The position numbers and the translations under genes are program-made. A model generated the notes under the pieces. It did not search any database. It was not told the origin of the DNA and saw only the letters and a list, made by a program, of their open reading frames with translations. A stretch of 20,000 bases of DNA from an uncultured virus (IMG/VR IMGVR_UViG_3300029305_007917) (taxonomy: Duplodnaviria; Heunggongvirae; Uroviricota; Caudoviricetes), in the IMG/VR virus record IMGVR_UViG_3300029305_007917, one strand, 5' to 3'. The stretch's first letter is position 1. Every line of letters starts with the position of its first letter. Below are positions 8,614 to 15,873 of the stretch, one piece after another.

Positions 8614-8788
8614 CAAATGCCCCAAGTGTGGGCAGATATATTCAGAAGCTCCTGCACTCTCAAGAGAAGATAACGAAACCTTGATATGTCCCGATTGTGG
8701 CACGAGAGAAGCCTTGGAATGTGCCGGTGTTTCAAAGGAAAAACAGGACGAAATCATCAAAGAAATCCATCGAAAAACTCGCCCATAA
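8603..8788 (+). CDS. Small Zn-ribbon protein
   Basis: CPKCG...PALSR.DN.TLICPDCG; RBS AAGGATGG; overlaps upstream stop. Confidence 0.75.
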   Translation: MENNKCPKCGQIYSEAPALSREDNETLICPDCGTREALECAGVSKEKQDEIIKEIHRKTRP

Positions 8789-8828
8789 TACCACCAAAAA
8801 TACATATATTCTTTGTGTACTATATAGC

Positions 8829-8857
8829 TTGATAAAATGTACTTTTAGCGGTAATAT
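8829..8857 (+). promoter_or_regulatory. SigA-like promoter for the two following small genes
   Basis: TTGATA-17 bp-TAATAT, then RBS GGAGG. Confidence 0.55.
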
Positions 8858-8888
8858 ACAGACACAATAAAGAACGGAGGAAACCCCA

Positions 8889-9080
8889 ATGACAGCATTC
8901 AAACAGTTCAAAAACAAGGTTGAAAACATCAAAACACAGAACGACCTTATAGACGCTCACATTTCAATTTGCCAAGCCTACAGCAGTTACAAAATCACCC
9001 ACACACAGTTCACAGAGCTTCGCAAGGGAATGATTGAAAAGAGAGCAGAAAACAAGATTGCTTGGGGTAAGGGTATTTAA
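8889..9080 (+). CDS. Small hypothetical protein
   Basis: 63 aa, GGAGG RBS, promoter upstream. Confidence 0.7.
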   Translation: MTAFKQFKNKVENIKTQNDLIDAHISICQAYSSYKITHTQFTELRKGMIEKRAENKIAWGKGI

Positions 9081-9093
9081 GGAGGAAACAACA

Positions 9094-9354
9094 ATGTTCA
9101 CAACAATCGAAAAATTACAGATGCAGGTTTCATGCTCATACGGAGCAGTTATTACATTCGGAGACAAGGTTTTTGTTACCGACATTTCCTACAAGGGTGG
9201 CTTTTCAGCAGAGATTTACGAGTTCGTTGAAACCCCTGAAGAAACAGGACTTGGAGATTGTGAATGCAGACTTACAAAATGGGCTACAGCAAAAGAAACC
9301 TTCAAAGATAACGGACACGCCCTTGAATGGTGCTTTGCACAAGTAAGAAAATAA
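9094..9354 (+). CDS. Small hypothetical protein, possibly Nmad4-like
   Basis: ATG at 9094 after AAGGAGG; IYEF...ECRL...FKDNGHALEW recalls the Nmad4 family (from memory, unverified). Confidence 0.65.
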   Translation: MFTTIEKLQMQVSCSYGAVITFGDKVFVTDISYKGGFSAEIYEFVETPEETGLGDCECRLTKWATAKETFKDNGHALEWCFAQVRK

Positions 9355-9372
9355 GAACAACGGCAAAATGCT

Positions 9373-9412
9373 ACCCCACTTGAAAACAACATTTCAGGTG
9401 GGGTGCTTTTTT
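9373..9412 (+). terminator. Intrinsic terminator
   Basis: ACCCCACTTGAAA / TTTCAGGTGGGGT stem plus T6. Confidence 0.8.
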
Positions 9413-9437
9413 GCTTTATTGCATATTTTTTTAGTTA

Positions 9438-9493
9438 AGTCCAATTAGATGGACTGACCTTAATTGACAAGCCATCAGCCTTTGGTGTAAAAT
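9438..9493 (+). promoter_or_regulatory. Palindromic operator candidate plus promoter
   Basis: AGTCCA-N6-TGGACT (9438-9455) just upstream of TTGACA-18 bp-TAAAAT. Confidence 0.55.
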
Positions 9494-9526
9494 GGGTATA
9501 GTCAATTTCAGAACGGAGGATTGCAT

Positions 9527-10051
9527 ATGGGATTTCAAGATGAGCTACGAGCCAATATGAAAACGAAAGAGGAAGCTGATAAACTTAATCAGGAAAAGCT
9601 CAACAACACCCTTCGTGCTGAAGCAAGGCGAGTAGTTGATGAACTGCAGAAAGTGTTGATTACAAAAGTTAAATCTGCAGATTACACAGAAGAAAATGGA
9701 AAAGCAGTAGTAACCGGTGTCTTCCCACTTTCAAGACGATTTCTCATTAGTCGCAGGGTTGATAACAACGCAGCAGTTATAGCTAACAGTAAGAAGTGGT
9801 TATTCAAAGACCCCTCCGTTGTCTATAGAGCATTTTACTATTTTGAGTTGAACTCAACTTATGCTGAAGAGTATGAGCAGTTGAAACGCTATATCCGGGC
9901 GATGGCTACCAATGACAAAATCACTGCCGAGTTTGTTTTGTACGATAAACATAAAAAAGAAGTTCATCCGTTCCCAACCCGAATAGATAATTTCCTTTTA
10001 GAATGTGACTTCACACTCGCAGTGAGGGGTACTACTAAAATCGATATTTAG
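9527..10051 (+). CDS. Hypothetical protein
   Basis: 174 aa, GGAGG RBS, own promoter; no recognised motif. Confidence 0.75.
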   Translation: MGFQDELRANMKTKEEADKLNQEKLNNTLRAEARRVVDELQKVLITKVKSADYTEENGKAVVTGVFPLSRRFLISRRVDNNAAVIANSKKWLFKDPSVVYRAFYYFELNSTYAEEYEQLKRYIRAMATNDKITAEFVLYDKHKKEVHPFPTRIDNFLLECDFTLAVRGTTKIDI

Positions 10052-10133
10052 CATATCAGCGGGGACTTTATTTCTTGATGTTTTTTCAACTTTTGCACGA
10101 GTTAGAAATTTCTAAATCAGCAAAAAGTTAACC

Positions 10134-10207
10134 TTGCAACCCACTATACTAAATTGCAACCTGCTCTCTGCATTTGCAACCTACCCCTTGAATTTGCAAC
10201 CTACCCC
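10134..10207 (+). repeat. Four TTGCAACC boxes at exact 20-bp periodicity
   Basis: Copies start at 10134, 10154, 10174 and 10194 with 12-bp variable linkers. Confidence 0.9.
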
Positions 10208-10262
10208 AATTTTGTATCAAAGGTGGAGTAGTTAGACACCTAAGTACAACTTAGGTAATACA

Positions 10263-10301
10263 ACCGAAATCCCTTGAAATATAGGGGTTTCGGTCTTTTT
10301 T
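10263..10301 (+). terminator. Terminator-like hairpin
   Basis: ACCGAAATCCCT / AGGGGTTTCGGT plus T tract. Confidence 0.65.
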
Positions 10302-10307
10302 ATGCCT

Positions 10308-10336
10308 AAAAGCACTCTGAAAATGGGTGCTTTTTT
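10308..10336. terminator. Second, bidirectional terminator-like hairpin
   Basis: AAAAGCACTC / GGGTGCTTTT(TT). Confidence 0.6.
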
Positions 10337-10361
10337 CATTTTTTGTGTCACCGCAATATTT

Positions 10362-10445
10362 GTAATCGTTTACGGAGTATGGGTAATCGTTTACGGAGTA
10401 TAGGTAATCGTTTACGGAGTACGGGTAATCGTTTACGGAGTATAA
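10362..10445 (+). repeat. Tandem 4 x 21-bp iteron-like repeat
   Basis: Invariant 18-mer GTAATCGTTTACGGAGTA at 10362, 10383, 10404 and 10425, each followed by 3 variable bases. Confidence 0.95.
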
Positions 10446-10464
10446 AACTATCGATACTTTGATA

Positions 10465-10493
10465 TTGAATTTAAAAACGACTTATGGTATAAT
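10465..10493 (+). promoter_or_regulatory. Strong SigA promoter with extended -10
   Basis: TTGAAT-17 bp-TATAAT with TGn before the -10. Confidence 0.75.
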
Positions 10494-10497
10494 TGCC

Positions 10498-10655
10498 TTG
10501 CGACACCAAAAGAATAAATGCACGAAAAGTGGTATGGTTTTTATCCTTGATAAAAATGCATGCTCTGTTTTCATATCATTTTTTGTGCTGAAAAGGTGTC
10601 GCAACCGAAAGAGTCATGCGTTTTTAGGCGTGTGGCTACGGTTACACGCTTTTTT
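10498..10655 (+). ncRNA. Candidate structured 5' leader (attenuator/riboswitch-like) or sRNA
   Basis: Nested stems 10498-10507/10595-10604, 10520-10537/10571-10588, 10538-10545/10549-10556, then a terminator hairpin 10628-10649 with a C(UACG)G loop and U6. Confidence 0.65.
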
Positions 10656-10669
10656 GTCAAGGTGATATT

Positions 10670-10972
10670 ATGAGCAAATTGAAAACAGTACTTGAGGAAT
10701 ATATGGAAGAAGAAAACGCAAGAATTGAAAAGGAAATCGCAGAAGCTCCTGAACTTAAGATGTCCCGCAGATTGCGAAAAAACACCAATGCCTTCTTCCG
10801 TGAAGACCTGAAAATTGACCATGCACACCATCCGGAAGTTGATAACGCATGGGAGCGTTTTAGGACTCGTATGTATCTCAAGTATCCACAGTACCCATGG
10901 ATTTCAAGACTCTATAAAACACGCAAACGCAGAGAAGAGCGTAACCGATATAAAGAGGATGACGAAATATGA
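10670..10972 (+). CDS. Hypothetical protein (acidic N-terminus, basic C-terminus)
   Basis: 100 aa, RBS AAGGTGA, directly downstream of the structured leader. Confidence 0.7.
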   Translation: MSKLKTVLEEYMEEENARIEKEIAEAPELKMSRRLRKNTNAFFREDLKIDHAHHPEVDNAWERFRTRMYLKYPQYPWISRLYKTRKRREERNRYKEDDEI

Positions 10973-11148
10973 AAACAACTCTCACTCAAAAACAGTATAA
11001 GGACTATCAGCAGTTATGTGAAGACAGAAGAAATGGTCGTATTTTAACCCCTGATGGTTTGCGATTCATCTGTGAGGCAAATAATTACGACCCCGAAGCT
11101 ATTGGTAAACACTTTTTAGAGGTACTCCCTAAAATCAGTAATCACTAA
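10969..11148 (+). CDS. Small 59-aa hypothetical protein (absent from the ORF track)
   Basis: ATGA overlap with the upstream stop, RBS GAGGA; MKTTLTQKQYKDYQQLCEDRRNGRILTPDGLRFICEANNYDPEAIGKHFLEVLPKISNH; terminator follows. Confidence 0.7.
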   Translation: MKTTLTQKQYKDYQQLCEDRRNGRILTPDGLRFICEANNYDPEAIGKHFLEVLPKISNH

Positions 11149-11152
11149 TTTG

Positions 11153-11187
11153 AAAGTCAGCACAATTTGTGTTGGCTTTATTTTTTT
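11153..11187 (+). terminator. Intrinsic terminator
   Basis: AAAGTCAGCACA / TGTGTTGGCTTT (G-U pairs) plus T7. Confidence 0.6.
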
Positions 11188-11343
11188 GAAAAAATTTGTC
11201 ACAAAACTCAAATTAATTACGATTATATTAATGAGAGAATAAATGATGATACACCCATTTATATCTTTCAAATTTCAATGCCAATATTCCTCTTGGCGTT
11301 GGGACCCCTGCCTATAGTCAGTGTGGTAGGAGTTTTTTACATT

Positions 11344-11390
11344 AAAAAGCCTGTGAATTTGGAAACAACATCCAAGCTCACAGGCTTTTT
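11344..11390 (-). terminator. Bidirectional terminator ending the RM operon
   Basis: AAAAAGCCTGTGA..TTGGA / TCCAA..TCACAGGCTTTTT. Confidence 0.75.
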
Positions 11391-11394
11391 GCAT

Positions 11395-12624
11395 TTATTC
11401 TGTTTTTCTGTATTCCTTTAATGATTCCACAATCAAGTTGGAAAGCTCCTCGATTTCGCTACTGTTGTGCTTTGAATAGCTGTCAATAAGGAAACGAGTA
11501 TCAACTAATATTCCCAACACATATTTATGGTTTGCAGTTTCAGAATTATAGGTTTCCCAATCAACAGTTCCTACACTCACAAACTTATAAACATCATCTT
11601 TCTTAAGCTCTTTATCGAAAGGCATTATAAAAGCATTATACACTGTGTTCTTTGCATGACCGATGTTTTCACAAGCATAGTCACCATAAGTTATCTGCTT
11701 TTCAACTGATGAAGATGCAGGCAAATGCTGTGGGTTTCCGGTTATACCATACTTATAGTATTTTGCATCAAGAATATAGAGCTTATTCTCATACATCATT
11801 ATCGTGTCAGGCTCCAATGCACTACTCTCAACCTTGCCACCATTTATAATATGCCATTTTGCATGAGGGAAGTATTGCTCTTTGTTGTTTTCACCGAAAA
11901 CATAATCAATCATTTTTTCCCATACATATTCAAAGCGTTCAACACCAAAAGCAGCAACATCAGTATCATCAATACTTTCACTTTTATTGCTGATAATGTT
12001 AATCATACTTTGAAACAGCAATCGTTTGTTGGTGTTAAAAGTGCTATTAAGAGCATCTTGTAACACGGTCAAGAATTTCCTTTTATTAAACTTTATATCA
12101 GGTTTCTTGGGGAGAGTGTTACTTGATAAATATAACCACCCTAATTTTTCAAAGCTTTCTCTTACACAGTATTCGTGAATTTTGGTTAGAAGGTTGTTGG
12201 TGTTGGTCTTATCTACCTTGACAATAAAATCTAAATAGACAAGGTTACCATTGTTATAAACAGGTTTTTTGTTTTGGATTGTTCTCTTCCAATTCAGCTT
12301 TCCTTTTTTACCATCTTTGTATTGAGTTTCACGTTCAATGTAATATCCGTGAGCCAAAAAATCTTTGATTATGTATTGATATGAAAGAATCGGAAAGGAG
12401 AGGCTCGATTCACCGTCAATGGTGTTATTGAGTAAGCCTTCTTTTCTGCCACTGAATTTTTGTATCGTTGCAAAAAGGCGTATAATATCCTTGCGAGTTT
12501 GTTCCTCATCATCAACCAAATGAAAACCTCTTGGAAAGGTAATTCTCGGCTGACCATCAACGAATTTTAAGCCCACAAAGTCATCGTATTCACTTTTGCT
12601 TATCTCACAAAAATCACGAAGCAT
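11395..12624 (-). CDS. LlaJI-family (McrC-like) restriction endonuclease subunit
   Basis: FVG...FPRG, GKLNWKRTI, FEYVWEKMID, LEPDTIM...ILDAKYY (PD-(D/E)xK), KQITYG; follows an McrB-like gene. Confidence 0.88.
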   Translation of the reverse strand: MLRDFCEISKSEYDDFVGLKFVDGQPRITFPRGFHLVDDEEQTRKDIIRLFATIQKFSGRKEGLLNNTIDGESSLSFPILSYQYIIKDFLAHGYYIERETQYKDGKKGKLNWKRTIQNKKPVYNNGNLVYLDFIVKVDKTNTNNLLTKIHEYCVRESFEKLGWLYLSSNTLPKKPDIKFNKRKFLTVLQDALNSTFNTNKRLLFQSMINIISNKSESIDDTDVAAFGVERFEYVWEKMIDYVFGENNKEQYFPHAKWHIINGGKVESSALEPDTIMMYENKLYILDAKYYKYGITGNPQHLPASSSVEKQITYGDYACENIGHAKNTVYNAFIMPFDKELKKDDVYKFVSVGTVDWETYNSETANHKYVLGILVDTRFLIDSYSKHNSSEIEELSNLIVESLKEYRKTE

Positions 12625-12632
12625 AGCACATT

Positions 12633-14633
12633 TTATCCTTTTAATTGTTCATACGAATCAACAATTGCACTGACTACTGAATCTATGTCAGTTTCCACTG
12701 TTGCTTCAATTTTAAAGTAATGGTCATAATGTCCATTGTAAGGGATTTCAGAACCTAAATTTTGCAATTCAATATTAGTTGGTTTTTCTATTTCAATTAC
12801 AATCGAATTAGTTTTAAACTTAATCTCTGCATAGGATTTGTTTTTAGGATTGTCGTTTGACCCTATTCCGATGTACTGTTTACTTGAAGTAGTATATGTA
12901 TATGTGTTAGGGATTTTTTCAAATACCTTTTCACGAAGACGCATATACAAATCAACGAGAACTTGATTTTTGTTGTCTAAATATTCTGCTTCATCAACCT
13001 TTTCTATTGAATTCTCAACATATTCATCAAAAGCTAAATTTGAATTGAATACTGCAAATCCTTTTGTTTCAAAAGCTGATAACAAATCTTCCAATGTTTT
13101 ATATTCGGTATTAAATATAATATCTCTGTCGTATTTAAATGCATCATTCCACAAATACATAAGAACTTTTTCACCGAATATTTTACGACTTTTGAGGTCG
13201 TCTGATTTCACAAAATATGCGCCAAGACGATTATCTTCGCTACTCAAATTACCATCGCTGATATCAATAATTGTGTCATTGATTCTTTTAGCAAAAATAT
13301 ACCAAGTAACATTAGTTCCTGCTATACATTCGTCAGCGTGTTCACAAGCTGCAATATCGTTTTTAATACTACGCATAACCCATCTACGCTTGAAAGCAGT
13401 ATCCAAGGTAAATACATTTTGGTCAGCTGTATTCATTGTAGCTAAAATGGTGAGGTTTGTAGGGATTTTCACTTCATGCTCTTTATCACCATAAACGTAA
13501 CTTGCTATATCGAAGTTGGTTATTCCATACTCACTTTCGCCATTCTCTCTATCAAGAAGTTGAAATACCTCACCGAAAATAGCTGGGGCATTACCTCTAT
13601 TGATTTCTTCAATAACGAGGAAATGCATTTTACCTTCTTTGTCGTCTATTGCATCTTTCAAGATTTTTGTGAAAGGCCCCGCAGTGAATTTATATGTAAT
13701 ATTTTCTTCACCGTTACTCCTATCAATTATAGGTAAGATTTGTCCTATAAAATCTGAGTAGGTATAATCAGGATGAAACACTACTCTTTCCATATACTTT
13801 TTATCATTGCAGTAGTCTCTTTTGATAGTATGGCTTTTTCCACAACCCGGAACACCATACAAAATAACATTTTCACCCATTACTGTAGTCAAAGGTTCAA
13901 CAGCCACTGATTCTTCACTCTTATCTCGGTGGTCATTTAGCAAATATTCCAAATAGACAGTTAAACTTGAAAACTTTTGTTTTACATCTTCGTATTCCGC
14001 ACCAATATATGTTGTGTCGCAAAGAGAAATCAAATTATTCAGATTATATTCAGGGTTTAAGGCGAGTTCACTTTGACTTGCTTTTCTAAAATAATTAGTA
14101 CCCAACAAGAAATTAAACACTGAATTTACTGATTCGTTCTTCTCTGCAGAACCCCAAACAACGGAATTGTATGCTTCCTTCATCTGCTCTTTTGATACCA
14201 CTGTTAAGCCATTTGTTTTCATATAGGAAAGCAAATGATATAAAATGTGAATTATTTTTCCGTTAACCGGTTGGATATAATTCAAAAAGACAATATCCAT
14301 ATAATCCTTGACGGTAATATTTCCTTTGGCTACCTCAATTGCTAAATCAGTTAAATCCAAGTCACTGTTTTTCCATATTCCCATCTCGTGACCAATAGTA
14401 TACTGACTTTCAAAAGCACCGACATTTCCAGAATAAGTGCCTGAGTCAAATTTGAACAATTCGTATGCGTGTTCTAATTTTTCAGCTATAATTTCTTTGT
14501 CACTGCGGTCCGAGTTTTTATTGTTAATTTTAGTTTGATATGTTGCGTGAATTAAACTTAATAATGTCTCTGCTTTTTTTGTTCTACACAAAGTATCAAA
14601 ATAAATATGATTGTGATTTCCACAAAAAGCCAT
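12633..14633 (-). CDS. McrB-like AAA+ GTPase restriction subunit
   Basis: Walker A GVPGCGKS, FHPDYTYSDF, Walker B IEEINRGN, McrB signature TMNTAD, LDTAFKRRW. Confidence 0.92.
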   Translation of the reverse strand: MAFCGNHNHIYFDTLCRTKKAETLLSLIHATYQTKINNKNSDRSDKEIIAEKLEHAYELFKFDSGTYSGNVGAFESQYTIGHEMGIWKNSDLDLTDLAIEVAKGNITVKDYMDIVFLNYIQPVNGKIIHILYHLLSYMKTNGLTVVSKEQMKEAYNSVVWGSAEKNESVNSVFNFLLGTNYFRKASQSELALNPEYNLNNLISLCDTTYIGAEYEDVKQKFSSLTVYLEYLLNDHRDKSEESVAVEPLTTVMGENVILYGVPGCGKSHTIKRDYCNDKKYMERVVFHPDYTYSDFIGQILPIIDRSNGEENITYKFTAGPFTKILKDAIDDKEGKMHFLVIEEINRGNAPAIFGEVFQLLDRENGESEYGITNFDIASYVYGDKEHEVKIPTNLTILATMNTADQNVFTLDTAFKRRWVMRSIKNDIAACEHADECIAGTNVTWYIFAKRINDTIIDISDGNLSSEDNRLGAYFVKSDDLKSRKIFGEKVLMYLWNDAFKYDRDIIFNTEYKTLEDLLSAFETKGFAVFNSNLAFDEYVENSIEKVDEAEYLDNKNQVLVDLYMRLREKVFEKIPNTYTYTTSSKQYIGIGSNDNPKNKSYAEIKFKTNSIVIEIEKPTNIELQNLGSEIPYNGHYDHYFKIEATVETDIDSVVSAIVDSYEQLKG

Positions 14634-14637
14634 TTAT

Positions 14638-15873
14638 TCACACCTCCGAATATTTCTTTAAGAAAGCATTCACCCCATTTGCGAGTGTTTTTGCAAACAA
14701 TGGTGGTACAGCATTTCCAATCATTTTATATGCATCTGCCATAGAACCTACAAATTCAAAGTCATCGTCAAATGTCTGTAAGCGTGCTGCCTCACGAACA
14801 CTAATTGCACGAGCTTGTTTTGAATCATAGTGGATAAATCTTAAGCCATCTTTGTAAAGATGAGCTAAAATAGTTGTGCTTGGTTTGTCTTTTCTTAAGA
14901 CATGGTACTTATGCACTTTAGAATTCGCACCGGTAGCCTGATTGTAAATCTCGTTAAGTTTAGCTGAATCCTGATACAAATTTTCACCGGTCTCAATATC
15001 GTGAGCTAACATTCTAAAGATTTTTATATCTCGTTCATTTTGAAAACGAGCAAAATGCCAAGAATAGTCGCATTCCGGGATTGAATGTGATACTTTTCTT
15101 CCGTTTATCACAACTACCTCTCCGGTGGGATAACATCCGGGCATATCACCTATGGCATCAAATACGGTTTTCTTTACTTTAACTTTATATGACTCCAAGA
15201 TTCTAAAGTAAAAATCCTTTATGATTTCCTGAATGTCATATTCTTTAAAGTATTCTTTGTTAACTCCAAGAATTATAACTCGTTTTCGTTGTTGTGGAAC
15301 ACCGAAGTCACTTGTGTCAAGGACTGCCTTACTTAAATCTTCTAACACTTCATAACCGTTACTATTCATATCTCGTTTAATCAAATCTACAATAGGTGTT
15401 CCATCAGGCATTGCAGAAAGCATTCCCGGAACATTTTCAAAAACAAAAACTTTCGGTTTGTAGCGAGATACAATTTTAAGATAATACTCAAATAAATAGT
15501 TACGATAATCATTTTTCATACTATCCTTGTCGCTTACTCTGCCTGCAACAGAATAAGCCTGACACGGAGGTCCACCAACAATGACATCAATTGAACGATT
15601 GTCTATCAATGCATCTAAACCCTTGTTGCTCCCATATTTACCATCGTCCTCAAAGCCATTACACAACTCATCAAAACGTTGCATATCAAAACGAATTACA
15701 CTTTCTTCCGAGTCAACGCATCCCCACTTATCAGCAAGTCTTTTTCTCAAAGTATCTACGGGAGCTTTCTCCCATTCAACAGATGCAATTGAAGTGAAAT
15801 GGTTTGATTGCAAAAATCCGTCAAGCAATCCACCACAACCCGCAAAAAGGTCAATTGTGTTATACTTTTTCAT
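14638..15873 (-). CDS. DNA (cytosine-5)-methyltransferase 2
   Basis: DLFAGCGG, GGPPCQ, ENVPG, QQRKR, REAARLQTF, IGNAVPP; ATG at 15873 is best spaced from GGAG. Confidence 0.95.
   Translation of the reverse strand: MKKYNTIDLFAGCGGLLDGFLQSNHFTSIASVEWEKAPVDTLRKRLADKWGCVDSEESVIRFDMQRFDELCNGFEDDGKYGSNKGLDALIDNRSIDVIVGGPPCQAYSVAGRVSDKDSMKNDYRNYLFEYYLKIVSRYKPKVFVFENVPGMLSAMPDGTPIVDLIKRDMNSNGYEVLEDLSKAVLDTSDFGVPQQRKRVIILGVNKEYFKEYDIQEIIKDFYFRILESYKVKVKKTVFDAIGDMPGCYPTGEVVVINGRKVSHSIPECDYSWHFARFQNERDIKIFRMLAHDIETGENLYQDSAKLNEIYNQATGANSKVHKYHVLRKDKPSTTILAHLYKDGLRFIHYDSKQARAISVREAARLQTFDDDFEFVGSMADAYKMIGNAVPPLFAKTLANGVNAFLKKYSEV

Noticed and set aside
10134..10207. Mini-CRISPR or guide array (TTGCAAC resembles some repeat ends)
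   Set aside because: The 8-bp repeat and 12-bp linkers are too short, and the last two linkers are similar to each other.
10362..10445. CRISPR array
   Set aside because: Units are head-to-tail with only 3 variable bases; no spacers and no cas genes.
10459..10665. 68-aa ORF as a gene or leader peptide
   Set aside because: It starts upstream of the promoter, has no RBS and coincides with the structured RNA.
11167..11421. 84-aa hydrophobic ORF as a type I toxin
   Set aside because: The TTG start lies inside a terminator hairpin with no RBS, and the frame crosses further terminators.
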